61,365 nt of DNA, taken from a virus (taxonomy: Duplodnaviria; Caudoviricetes). Shown piece after piece: positions 28,310 through 37,912 of this stretch. Made by a program: the position numbers and the translations under genes. The stretch spans positions 1 to 61,365 of IMG/VR virus record IMGVR_UViG_3300032218_000733; one strand, written 5' to 3'. Numbering within the stretch: position 1 is the stretch's first letter; every line of letters starts with the position of its first letter. The notes beneath the pieces were generated by a model, which saw only the letters and a list, made by a program, of their open reading frames with translations, did not search any database and had not been told where the DNA came from.

Positions 28310-31300
28310 TTTGTTCTATCCCTTCCATTCATAGCATCACGTAATTGCATTTCTTTTCTAATTGCATAGGCTATATCTTTAGCATCAGCATTTGATCCAT
28401 TTACATTAACATTAATATTATACAGGGAATTTGAATTATTAGCCATACCCATATTACCTGTATTTACTTTTCCACCAAATGCCATCTTAGGAATATCGTA
28501 CTTGGTAGCAACTCCACCTGCCGCCATTTTATTAATTTGATCAAGGTTTGTGTACCCAAATTTAGATGCTGATGCAGCATTTACTACATATTCGCCATGT
28601 GAAAGCATTGCAGGAATTGAATCAGATGTTGCAGTCCCTGAACCAAATATGGCTCCACCAGACGCCCTTGTTACAACATGAGCATCATCTATTGTTGAAA
28701 ATGGCTTAGTCATTGCGCCATCCCCATAATCTACCTGATAAGTTTTACCAGCATAATTAAAATATTGTCCTTTTTTAAGTTTATTTGTAATAATTACATC
28801 TGTAATACCTCTTGCTGTTAGTGTTCCGTCTTTATTTAAATTAGCAGCACTTATTAATGATCTTCCCTTAGAGCTAGCTCCAACTGGTGCAACTGTAAAT
28901 GGATCAGCTTTTGTTCCAGAACCCGTTCCTATATCTGATCTATTTTTTAATATAGTTTGAATTGCTACAAGCTCTTTTACTGTTTGTCCAGTATTTTTTA
29001 TTACTTGATCATTTGATTGTGCAGCTAATGATTGCAGATCTTGTGTTGCATTTAGTGTTGGTTTCATTCCTCCGCCACTATATGTAGATCCACCACCACT
29101 TGGGTTTAATTGTTTTAATACGCTTGCTGATGCACCAGCTTTTTTCAATCTTTCAATAATGTCATTGAATGCAATTGTGTCACCTTCTGTTGCAGATCCA
29201 CCATGTAAATCAATTGATTGTGTTAATTGATTTAATTCATCATATAATGCCTTTAGCTTTGTTGCAGCATTTGTTTGAGTTGTTGATGTATTAGATGCTG
29301 TTGTTGTAGTTGTATCGGACTTAGCTTGTAGTTTTTCAATTTCAGCCTGTAATTTATCAACTTTACTTTGTGCCATTTTATCAATTGCATCTGATGCTGT
29401 ATTTAATTGTTGCTGCCCAACCAATTTTTGTATTGCTAATTGTGCTTGTGCTGCAGAAGCCATGTCTCCAGAAGTTAAAGCATTCTGATAGTTTAATTGC
29501 TCTTGTTGAATTTGAAGTTTAGTATCTTCTATTGTTTGTTGATCTTGAAGAGCTTTCTTTCTTGCAGAAGCTTCATCTTGAATTTGCTGAATCTGCTTTT
29601 GCTTAAGCTTAATTTGATCCTGTAAAGATGTTTGTATACTTGAAGATATCTTAGAAGATGTAGCAGATGCTTTATTAAGAGTATCAATTTGTTTTGCCAG
29701 TCCGCCAAATATACCTGACTGAGCTGCCTTACTTGAAACATCTGATAATGAATTAAAGTAACCAGAAACTTCTGATGTATATTTAGCAAGATTCTGTAGC
29801 TCTCCGCTAGTTAATCCACTTAGGTCTTTACTTACTCCTGATAAAATTATTCTCCATTTAGCATAGGCATCTCCAATTGAATCTGATGTGCTTAAAATTG
29901 AAGATAGCTGTGGATTGGTTTTAGATAATTCTTTTAATTGATCTTTAGTTAATTTAAGATTTTTGCTTTGTGAAGAATTAATAGCCTCAAATTGTTTTGA
30001 TACACCTGATATTTTATCTTTGCTATTGGAAACAGCTGCATCTAATCCAGTAAATGTTTGCAGTAGTTGTCCCACAAAACCTGCATTACCCAATGATTGT
30101 GCCTTAGAAAGATTATTTAGTGAAAATTTATTTGCTCCCGCTAAATCATTCATTGAATTAAATGAACTTGAAGATAAAGCTGTGCCTACATTTGATGCTT
30201 TATTAGAAGATGTTAATAATGCTAAAACTTTTTTATTTGCAACATCTGCTGCATCGCCCGCTTGAATAAATTGGGCTTTTAATCCAGCTGCTGTATCTTT
30301 CAATCCTGCCATAGATGTTTGATTTAGCATTTTAATTATTTCTGGATAACTTTTTTTCATCTCCACTTGTAAATCTTTTAATTCTTTTACTGTTATTTGA
30401 ATTCCAGAAACTCCAGCCGAAGTCTTGGTTGCAAGGAATGCTTCTCTGGCTTGGTTTGCTGCAACTATATTTTTTCTAATTTCTTTAATTTGAGAATCAA
30501 AATCTTTTATTGGCTTTATTCCGCCAGCAAATGCAAGTCTATTTAGCCTATCGGATTCTTTTTGTGCAGCGTGTAATTTATTCCAAATAACTAGTGCGGC
30601 AGTTATTGTTAATGTAATACCTTTTACATATGGATTTAAATTTGCTATAAATCCAGTTAATTTTCTTACAGTTCCAGCAAGTTTACCTACTGAACCTTCT
30701 GCCTTATTTGCAGAATTTCCAAATCCCATGAACATGGCTGCAAAAGCAGCAACCTGTCCAATTCCAGATCCAACTGATGCACCAGTTTGTCCTCCAACTG
30801 CGCTGCCTATTTTGCTTCCAATTGATGGAGCAAGCATTTGCATTCCAATTGGTAATGCCAAGCTTTTTACCATTCCTCCAACACCGTAGTTCGATGTGTT
30901 TGACCCCAAAACTCTTCCGCCGTTTGCATAGTGTGGAATATTTCCCCCTGGAATTATTCCTCCTTTATTTCTAAATATATGTGGAGTTCTACGATTTTCT
31001 AAAGCAGTAATCCCAGCATTAAATAATCTTTTTAAAAGTGGTGCAGGTGTTGCAGTATGTGCAAAAAATCCTTGTATTTTTTTTGCCTTTAAAGGATCTA
31101 GTGTTATTGTTTTACCATTGTGAGTAATTGATCTTAATTCCATACTTGGACTTCTCATTGGCTCACCGCTACTTCTTAAATTTTCTGAAACAGCATAAGC
31201 TGGTTCTGATGAGAATTTATCCCAAAATCCTAAAGCATCTGAGTTATTAAATAAATGTCTTTTTATAACAGTATTTGATGCAGCCCAATATGGATTTGAA

Positions 31301-34300
31301 GCATCTTTTACTTTTGCAGAATTATTTAAATGTCTGAGGTATAGTGAATCAATTTCTTTTTGTAATCCAACTGCGTCTTTTTCATTAATTATGCCAGATT
31401 TTGAAAGGGCAGATAAAAATTGATCGGTGGAACCAACATGTTGATGTTTAGATGCTGCCATGGCTGCCTTATAAACTTCGGTTGGCAAACCATTTCCCGC
31501 TAATTCTAAATTTAATTTAGATTTTGAAATTTTTCCATTTTTAACTAATTCTGGATATTTTTTTAATATAGATGGATCTGTAATTTCATTTAAATAAACT
31601 CCTGCAGTTCCTCTTAATCTATATGATCCCTTACCTCCAGCAAATCTTTCTGGGAATAAAGATGACATTTCTTGATTTGTTACTCCAGACATTCTAGGAA
31701 CTGTTGTTGGAGACATTGGTGCAAAATCAACTGCTCCAGATGAACCAGTATTATAACCTGGTCCATTGCTTCCCGCTCCATTAATTGCTTGAAGAAGTGG
31801 TAAATTTGCTCTAGTTGCTCCTGCATTTACAACAAATTCTCCAGGAGTAAGCATTGCTGGAACTGTATCTTGATTACCAGTTCCTGGAACAAGACTTCCT
31901 GTAGCCAATCTTTTTGGCATTGTTGTTTCTGTTGAATAGCCGCCACCCCAAGTTTTAACTCCCAGGGCGCTTGCAATTTTATCAATTATTGTCTTAGAGC
32001 CTCTACCCTTTTTAAATAATTCTTTAATATTTGATTTACCAGTTGAACTAACAATAGGCTGATTGATTAATGGAACAGTTGTTAGATTTGCTGTTCTGCC
32101 TAAATCTGCTGCAACTTGTTGTGTTGCTTGTGCCATAAGAGTTTCAAGCTTAGCATTCTCAGCCATAATTGCTGCTCTACCCTGCTGAACATTAAGTTCA
32201 CCAGCTTGAACTTGTTTAACAATTAATGCAGATGCTTCTGCAGCATTTTGAGTAACTGCTTCCATTGATGGAAGCAATTGAGAATAGCTTTGCATAAATT
32301 CTGCACTTACTGTTCCCGTTTGAGCAATTTCTTTTTTAAGTGCAGCAACTTCTGTTTTTGTCTGCATTGAAAGAACACCCATCATGGTATGCCATTTAGC
32401 TGCTTCTTGTGCAACAATTCCTACTGATGCTCCTCTTGAAGTTGTTAGGCCTTCAACCTTTGGCATATCGCCAGTTGCAAATATTTGTGGGACTGCACCA
32501 ATTTTTTGATTTAATGGAATTGGTGTTGGAGTTACTGAGTGAATTGTTTGTGAAAGTTTTTCTGTTTCAGTCATCATTGATCTTGGATTATGATGTCCTG
32601 CAGCTCGTGTATCAATTGCACCAATCAGTGGGCTATTTGGATTTGCAATTCTTCCATTTGCAATAATTGGGTTACCAGCAACAGTAGATACTCCTGGAGC
32701 AACTGGAACGGCAGCCATGGCTGCTTTCTCTGCAACGTTTTGATAACTTGCAGCCAGTCCGCTTAATGCTTGTTGTAAAATTGATGCTGCTTTTGCATCA
32801 CTATAAAATGTTTGTTCTACTAGTCCTGCCGCTTTATTTGCTGCTAATATTTCTGGAGTTAATAACTTCCATCCTTCTCCGCCTTTGAAAAGAGATTTCA
32901 TATGGAATATACCCTTTACAACATATCCAAAGAAGTTTGCAAGAACACCAGTCAACATAATTAATGGACCAGCTGCTGCAGTTAATAATCCAAGGAATCC
33001 TAGGACATCTTTGAGCGGCTTAGGAAGCTTGCTTGTAAATTTAATTATTCCATCTACAACATTTATTAACGTTGTATTAATTTTTAAGAACTGTTCACCA
33101 ATTGATGCTAAGTCTGCCTTTAATCCTTCTACTGCACGACGATATTTACCAGAAGCAGATTCTGTTACCTGTGCTAATTCTCGCCCAGCTATATTTGCAA
33201 GATCCTGTGAACTTGCCTTCATTAAGTCCATTACCTGTAATGTCTGGGAACCCTGCTTGCCTAAGTTGGCAAATAGTGCATTCATACGAGCAAATTGGAA
33301 CTTACCAAATAGCTGTTCGATTGCCTGTTGTTTTTGTAGTGGGTTTAATTTATCTAATGCGCCTTGTAGTTCTAAAATAGTTCCTGTCAGGTTTCCAGCA
33401 TTTTTTGTAACTATATCTTTTAAATTAATTCCAAATCCTTGGAACATATTGACTGCAACTTTAGTAGGATTGATTAATGATGCTAGTGCTGACTTAAGAG
33501 CATTTGCCCCAGTTGTAGCATCAATTCCTCCTTCTTTCATTGCTACTAGCATTAATGCTAGATCTTTTACGCTTCCGCCCATAGCATTGATAACTGGACC
33601 AGCTTTTGGAATTGCAGTAATCAAATCACCCATTGTAGTTGAAGTTTGGTTTTCAACAGCGTTGAGGAAATCAATTGATTGTGTTAACTCATCCGTACTT
33701 TGCTTAAATGTATTTTGAATAGAAAGCGTAGCCTTCATAGCATCTTGTACATTTGTTTCTCCAAGAATTGCTAGTCTGCTTGTCTGTCTAGTTGAATTTA
33801 AAAGTTCATTACCAGTTTTGCCCGTTGCTGCAATATCTGCAGCTAAAGAAATAGTATCTTTGTATGCTTGTCCATATGACTTTGCAATATCTGCAGCAGT
33901 TGCTGAAACATCTTTTCTTACCTTTAATAACTCTGAAGCTGAAGTTGCAGATAGTCCACCATAAACTTTAGTAAGTCTAACTAACTGTTGATCTGCTTGA
34001 TTAAACGCATCCGCTGCTGCTTTACCAAATGCTGCCATTGGAACTGTTAATCCGACAGTTAACTGACGACCAGCCCACTGTGTATTTTTACCCCAATTAA
34101 TTAATGAGTTCGCACCCTCTTGAACAACTTTATTCATTATCTGAAGTTCTTGTCGTGCAATTGCAGCCTTGTTTTTAATCATGTCTAATCCTCTAGGGAT
34201 TTGAACATTGTATTGCATTAAGCCTTCAGCATTTCTACCTAGTGGTTGCAATATTGCATTTTGTAATTGTACTTGTTGTTTAGCAAGGTCTCTTACGAGT

Positions 34301-34617
34301 CCGCCTGATGTCTTAGTATGTTGATTAAATGTACGGAAAAACTGACCAAGCTTCATTTGGCCAGCGTCTAATTGTCTTCCAAATTTATCTACGTCTGAAG
34401 AAAGGCTAACAAAGTGTGTAGAGAACTGTCCAGTACTTCTTAATGTTTCAGAAAATGTGCGATTCATCGCACTTATCTGAGAAGCCAAAGTCTTATTTGT
34501 TACATTAAGTTGTTCCTTTAAATTCATTAATGACGAAGAAACTTTATTCAGGTCTGCAATTAGACTTGTAAAGTTTGAGTTAACAACTATATTGGTCGTT
34601 ATGTTTTCTTCGGCCAT
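28306..34617 (-). CDS. Tape measure protein
   Basis: 2103 aa, Ala/Gly/Gln-rich helical protein with a TP901-like core, after the tail chaperone genes. Confidence 0.92.
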   Translation of the reverse strand: MAEENITTNIVVNSNFTSLIADLNKVSSSLMNLKEQLNVTNKTLASQISAMNRTFSETLRSTGQFSTHFVSLSSDVDKFGRQLDAGQMKLGQFFRTFNQHTKTSGGLVRDLAKQQVQLQNAILQPLGRNAEGLMQYNVQIPRGLDMIKNKAAIARQELQIMNKVVQEGANSLINWGKNTQWAGRQLTVGLTVPMAAFGKAAADAFNQADQQLVRLTKVYGGLSATSASELLKVRKDVSATAADIAKSYGQAYKDTISLAADIAATGKTGNELLNSTRQTSRLAILGETNVQDAMKATLSIQNTFKQSTDELTQSIDFLNAVENQTSTTMGDLITAIPKAGPVINAMGGSVKDLALMLVAMKEGGIDATTGANALKSALASLINPTKVAVNMFQGFGINLKDIVTKNAGNLTGTILELQGALDKLNPLQKQQAIEQLFGKFQFARMNALFANLGKQGSQTLQVMDLMKASSQDLANIAGRELAQVTESASGKYRRAVEGLKADLASIGEQFLKINTTLINVVDGIIKFTSKLPKPLKDVLGFLGLLTAAAGPLIMLTGVLANFFGYVVKGIFHMKSLFKGGEGWKLLTPEILAANKAAGLVEQTFYSDAKAASILQQALSGLAASYQNVAEKAAMAAVPVAPGVSTVAGNPIIANGRIANPNSPLIGAIDTRAAGHHNPRSMMTETEKLSQTIHSVTPTPIPLNQKIGAVPQIFATGDMPKVEGLTTSRGASVGIVAQEAAKWHTMMGVLSMQTKTEVAALKKEIAQTGTVSAEFMQSYSQLLPSMEAVTQNAAEASALIVKQVQAGELNVQQGRAAIMAENAKLETLMAQATQQVAADLGRTANLTTVPLINQPIVSSTGKSNIKELFKKGRGSKTIIDKIASALGVKTWGGGYSTETTMPKRLATGSLVPGTGNQDTVPAMLTPGEFVVNAGATRANLPLLQAINGAGSNGPGYNTGSSGAVDFAPMSPTTVPRMSGVTNQEMSSLFPERFAGGKGSYRLRGTAGVYLNEITDPSILKKYPELVKNGKISKSKLNLELAGNGLPTEVYKAAMAASKHQHVGSTDQFLSALSKSGIINEKDAVGLQKEIDSLYLRHLNNSAKVKDASNPYWAASNTVIKRHLFNNSDALGFWDKFSSEPAYAVSENLRSSGEPMRSPSMELRSITHNGKTITLDPLKAKKIQGFFAHTATPAPLLKRLFNAGITALENRRTPHIFRNKGGIIPGGNIPHYANGGRVLGSNTSNYGVGGMVKSLALPIGMQMLAPSIGSKIGSAVGGQTGASVGSGIGQVAAFAAMFMGFGNSANKAEGSVGKLAGTVRKLTGFIANLNPYVKGITLTITAALVIWNKLHAAQKESDRLNRLAFAGGIKPIKDFDSQIKEIRKNIVAANQAREAFLATKTSAGVSGIQITVKELKDLQVEMKKSYPEIIKMLNQTSMAGLKDTAAGLKAQFIQAGDAADVANKKVLALLTSSNKASNVGTALSSSSFNSMNDLAGANKFSLNNLSKAQSLGNAGFVGQLLQTFTGLDAAVSNSKDKISGVSKQFEAINSSQSKNLKLTKDQLKELSKTNPQLSSILSTSDSIGDAYAKWRIILSGVSKDLSGLTSGELQNLAKYTSEVSGYFNSLSDVSSKAAQSGIFGGLAKQIDTLNKASATSSKISSSIQTSLQDQIKLKQKQIQQIQDEASARKKALQDQQTIEDTKLQIQQEQLNYQNALTSGDMASAAQAQLAIQKLVGQQQLNTASDAIDKMAQSKVDKLQAEIEKLQAKSDTTTTTASNTSTTQTNAATKLKALYDELNQLTQSIDLHGGSATEGDTIAFNDIIERLKKAGASASVLKQLNPSGGGSTYSGGGMKPTLNATQDLQSLAAQSNDQVIKNTGQTVKELVAIQTILKNRSDIGTGSGTKADPFTVAPVGASSKGRSLISAANLNKDGTLTARGITDVIITNKLKKGQYFNYAGKTYQVDYGDGAMTKPFSTIDDAHVVTRASGGAIFGSGTATSDSIPAMLSHGEYVVNAASASKFGYTNLDQINKMAAGGVATKYDIPKMAFGGKVNTGNMGMANNSNSLYNINVNVNGSNADAKDIAYAIRKEMQLRDAMNGRDRTK

Positions 34618-34626
34618 TTATCTATA

Positions 34627-34989
34627 TTACTCCTTAAAGTATCCTAGTCCTGCTCCGATTCCGAATCCAGCTTCTCCAGCAAGTTGACCCTGTAATGAAA
34701 CAATGTCATCTTTGCTTGCAGTAATACCCATAGCTTTCATTCGTACATCTTCAAAGGACGGACCTTCTTTTTCTTCTTCTAGATTTATGCCTTTAAGCGA
34801 AGCTTGAAATTTTCTTCTTCCCTCTTCTGCTTTATGCATTGCATCTAAAGTCTTTATTAACTCTGGCATTGATAAATTTTCTTCTAGTTCTTGGTAATTT
34901 TTCCAATGTCCTAGAAGAAAAAGTTCTGCTTCTAATGCGGCAAGGTCTAGTTCTGTCCAGCCAGAACCGCCGCCGCTAGAAGGTTTGGG
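34627..34989 (-). CDS. Tail assembly chaperone, -1 frameshift extension (lambda GT-like)
   Basis: The -1 frame is open from the slippery site: KPSSGGGSGWTELDLAALEAELFLLGHWKNYQELEENLSMPELIKTL... Confidence 0.8.
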   Translation of the reverse strand, partial: PKPSSGGGSGWTELDLAALEAELFLLGHWKNYQELEENLSMPELIKTLDAMHKAEEGRRKFQASLKGINLEEEKEGPSFEDVRMKAMGITASKDDIVSLQGQLAGEAGFGIGAGLGYFKE

Positions 34990-35279
34990 TCGTCCAACTT
35001 AATTCCACCACATACTTCTAGGATTCGATTAATAGTTGGAATGTCCAATGCGTCTTCTAGTTTATCTCTGTCCGCCACCAAAGATGGGAGCTGCTTTTCT
35101 AATGCTACTGCACATGCGTCAATGAGGACATTTAATGTTTCGTCTTCTGTTGCTGCGTCTTGTGTCTTTTGAATTGCTATCATAAACTTACGTAATTCTT
35201 TAATTGATAAAGGCTTCAAATTTACTGTGGAGCCATCCTGTAACGTAATTTGTTCTACGTCATATACTGTAGTTGCCAA
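34947..35279 (-). CDS. Tail assembly chaperone (G-like)
   Basis: Between major tail and tape measure; TTG start with GGAGGA SD. Confidence 0.85.
   Translation of the reverse strand: MATTVYDVEQITLQDGSTVNLKPLSIKELRKFMIAIQKTQDAATEDETLNVLIDACAVALEKQLPSLVADRDKLEDALDIPTINRILEVCGGIKLDDPNLLAAAVLAGQN
34983..34989 (-). other. -1 ribosomal frameshift slippery heptamer C CCA AAC
   Basis: X XXY YYZ in the correct frame near the 3' end of the chaperone gene. Confidence 0.75.
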
Positions 35280-35337
35280 TTTAATCCTCCTAGGATCTAG
35301 TCTAAATCATTATAACAAAACAATTTTACTAATACAA

Positions 35338-35368
35338 GCAGAAACCCCCATATTTCTATGGGGGATTC
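35338..35368 (-). terminator. Intrinsic terminator after the major tail gene
   Basis: CCCCCATA-GAAA-TATGGGGG then TTTCTGCTT. Confidence 0.75.
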
Positions 35369-35389
35369 TATTAATTTAATTGTATTAAA

Positions 35390-36088
35390 TTATGATGCTA
35401 TTGTTAGCACACGGTCAATAATCTTACCGTATTCCTGTCCAGCATAGGCTGAAACGCCTGATGGAAGAAGACGGAATGTTACTGGGAATGTAGTTGGTGT
35501 GTTACGAGCAAGTGAGAACTGTGACTGTTGTACAGACAAAACTCTACGTGCATAATATACACGCTCTGCTGAAGTAACTCCAGTTACTGCTGTTGGCGCT
35601 TGTCCAACTGCAATTAGTTGACGCTCTGTTGGAGCAATTCCAAGAGCACCTGCCGCTAGGCCAAGTGTCTGTGTTGAGCTTGTTGAAGCTGTCAATGATG
35701 CTGATAGAGTATCTGATGCCTGTCCAAATACAGTTAGAACGTTTTCTAGAGTTCCTTCTGACATTTCTGTTGCGATCATAACTTCCATTGCTGACTTGAA
35801 CAGCTTAGCTGTATCAAGCAACTGATCTACTGTTACTGCATCGTATGTTGGGTTATAAGTGATCTGAAGACCATTATTTGTATAACCTACGTTACGGTAA
35901 TAAAAAGTTCCTGATGAAACTGCATTAAGAGTAGTTGTATAAGATGTTCCTGTTGCGAATGCACCAGCACCTGCAGAACCTGGTTCTGCATCTGCTGTAT
36001 AGTTTGCTGATGTTACGTCGACATTTGAAATAAATAGCGGCGAAGCACCAACAAGAATATTTTTGGCATTACCTGTGTTTTGTGCCAT
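35390..36088 (-). CDS. Major tail (tube) protein
   Basis: NILVGA, VGYTNNGL, VDQLLD, TFPVTFRLLP; strong SD, own promoter and terminator. Confidence 0.85.
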   Translation of the reverse strand: MAQNTGNAKNILVGASPLFISNVDVTSANYTADAEPGSAGAGAFATGTSYTTTLNAVSSGTFYYRNVGYTNNGLQITYNPTYDAVTVDQLLDTAKLFKSAMEVMIATEMSEGTLENVLTVFGQASDTLSASLTASTSSTQTLGLAAGALGIAPTERQLIAVGQAPTAVTGVTSAERVYYARRVLSVQQSQFSLARNTPTTFPVTFRLLPSGVSAYAGQEYGKIIDRVLTIAS

Positions 36089-36168
36089 GTTGTTAAACCT
36101 CCTGTTATAAATATATATATTTAGTTGTAAAAAAATAGTAAGCTGGCTAGGCTCTTTCCTCTAGTCCA

Positions 36169-36197
36169 ATTTTAGACTATAAAGGGCTATAAGGCAA
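36169..36197 (-). promoter_or_regulatory. Promoter TTGCCT-17-TAAAAT for the major tail gene
   Basis: Same -35/-10 pair and spacing as upstream of the prohead protease. Confidence 0.65.
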
Positions 36198-36199
36198 AT

Positions 36200-36712
36200 C
36201 TATAAGAATCTGCCCACAGAGTCTGTAATTCTAGAATATTTAACATCTAGGACTACATCTGCAGACAAGAAACCTTTTATTTCATCCGATGGGACAGTAG
36301 GGGATATATCTGCAATATAAATGCTATGGAATTTAAATAGGCTTGAAAGGTTTTCAAACATATTAACATCATGTGCGGCTTCATCCATTCGGCGGAATAG
36401 ATCAACCATCACATTTCTAATTTCATTAATCTCTGTATAATCTGTGGCATAAATAGTAAATAGGAATTGCTCATTGCAAATGAGCCAGTTAGTATCATAT
36501 GCCATTGATATCTTGTCATAGATTATATGCTTCTTGCCGTTTAAAAATTGATCCATTTCTGGAGACTGCTGGATTGGAATAATAGGAACAATTGTCTGAT
36601 TTATATTATCAGCATAGTAATCTTGTTCATCAAATACTGATAAATTGACTAGGACATCCCAAAGATATTTCCTAATTTCAAATATTGCATCTACTTTATA
36701 GTTTGTTGTCAT
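36200..36712 (-). CDS. Tail terminator/completion protein
   Basis: Size and position immediately upstream of the major tail gene. Confidence 0.6.
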   Translation of the reverse strand: MTTNYKVDAIFEIRKYLWDVLVNLSVFDEQDYYADNINQTIVPIIPIQQSPEMDQFLNGKKHIIYDKISMAYDTNWLICNEQFLFTIYATDYTEINEIRNVMVDLFRRMDEAAHDVNMFENLSSLFKFHSIYIADISPTVPSDEIKGFLSADVVLDVKYSRITDSVGRFL

Positions 36713-37497
36713 ATGAGAGCTCCTCCAAATGCTGCTTGCAAATTGGCATCAGCCATATTTCTAATTGCATTTGGTGCAAATGAATATTTAACCCTTGCAA
36801 TACTTGTTGGCGTTCTTAGTGCTTTTGACATAGATGAATTAAATACTTGTTGGAATCCCGATTTTTTAATAGATTCATTTACTAGTTGTCCGCTAAACCA
36901 TCTACTGTAATGTAATCTAAATTGATTTTTAACCCCGCTTCCGCCTGGTCTTTTAACAGTAACAGATCTACCTGCTGGCATAAATACAACTCCAGCCATT
37001 CCTTCAAATACTAAACGTTTCCCATTCTTTGGAGAAATAATAACAGGCAGTCCAGCATCCATAACTGAAGCCTTTTTAATAAATACATGTCTGCGTCTGC
37101 CACGCTTGGATGGAACAGATGACTTGGAATTCAAAAACTCAAAATCAATTTTAAATGAAATTCCTTCGCTATCTTTTGCCTTTAACTTAAATAGTCTAGC
37201 AGATTCTACGCCAACCTTTTTCCATTCATAAACATGGTGAAGCGATTTTGGCTTAGTTCTGGCCTGTGCATCTATATAATTACCAAAATCTTTTTCAATC
37301 TGAGTATATATAATAGTCTTAAATTTATTTTTAAATGCTGTATTGCTCGTAAGTTTTGCTACAACATGTGCTTTATAATAAATAGCAGCAGAAATTTGTG
37401 CTACTGTACTATCCTTCATCATAGGGTTATCACGATTGCCAACCATTAATCCTTCTAATCCGCTGGCTGCAGAAATAAGCATAGAGCTAGAGTCCAA
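36709..37497 (-). CDS. Basic neck/tail-completion-region protein
   Basis: LHHVYEW motif; probable TTG start at 37497 (the track extends to 37539). Confidence 0.6.
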   Translation of the reverse strand: MDSSSMLISAASGLEGLMVGNRDNPMMKDSTVAQISAAIYYKAHVVAKLTSNTAFKNKFKTIIYTQIEKDFGNYIDAQARTKPKSLHHVYEWKKVGVESARLFKLKAKDSEGISFKIDFEFLNSKSSVPSKRGRRRHVFIKKASVMDAGLPVIISPKNGKRLVFEGMAGVVFMPAGRSVTVKRPGGSGVKNQFRLHYSRWFSGQLVNESIKKSGFQQVFNSSMSKALRTPTSIARVKYSFAPNAIRNMADANLQAAFGGALI

Positions 37498-37912
37498 TTT
37501 GCTGATTCTCCGATCTCTTTGCATTTGTATTCCATGCAATGATTGTTCCGAATGGGTCGGTAATTGGTGTTGAACTTACTGGTTCAAATACTGTTGGAGT
37601 TTCAGTTGGATAATTTAATTCTGTCCAAACTGGGATTCCTTTTGAATTTCTAATATTAGTTATCTTATGTCTAATATTAATTCTTTGTACTGTTCTAATT
37701 TCTATGTATTGTTCATTATGATATCTAGTATCAATTTTTTGCTGGTCTCCGCCTCTGCGAGAGCTAGAATTTGTAATTACACCCTTAGCAGAACAATTTG
37801 CTGTCCCTGCAAAATTCCATTCTTTTCTGAGAGCACCAGTATCTGGATCTTGTTCATCTGACTGAACATATACATCCAGTTGCATCGGCATAACTGATGC
37901 AATTATATCCAT
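37487..37912 (-). CDS. Head-closure (stopper) protein
   Basis: QDPDTGAL.KEW N-terminus, beta-rich, position after the adaptor. Confidence 0.6.
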   Translation of the reverse strand: MDIIASVMPMQLDVYVQSDEQDPDTGALRKEWNFAGTANCSAKGVITNSSSRRGGDQQKIDTRYHNEQYIEIRTVQRINIRHKITNIRNSKGIPVWTELNYPTETPTVFEPVSSTPITDPFGTIIAWNTNAKRSENQQIGL

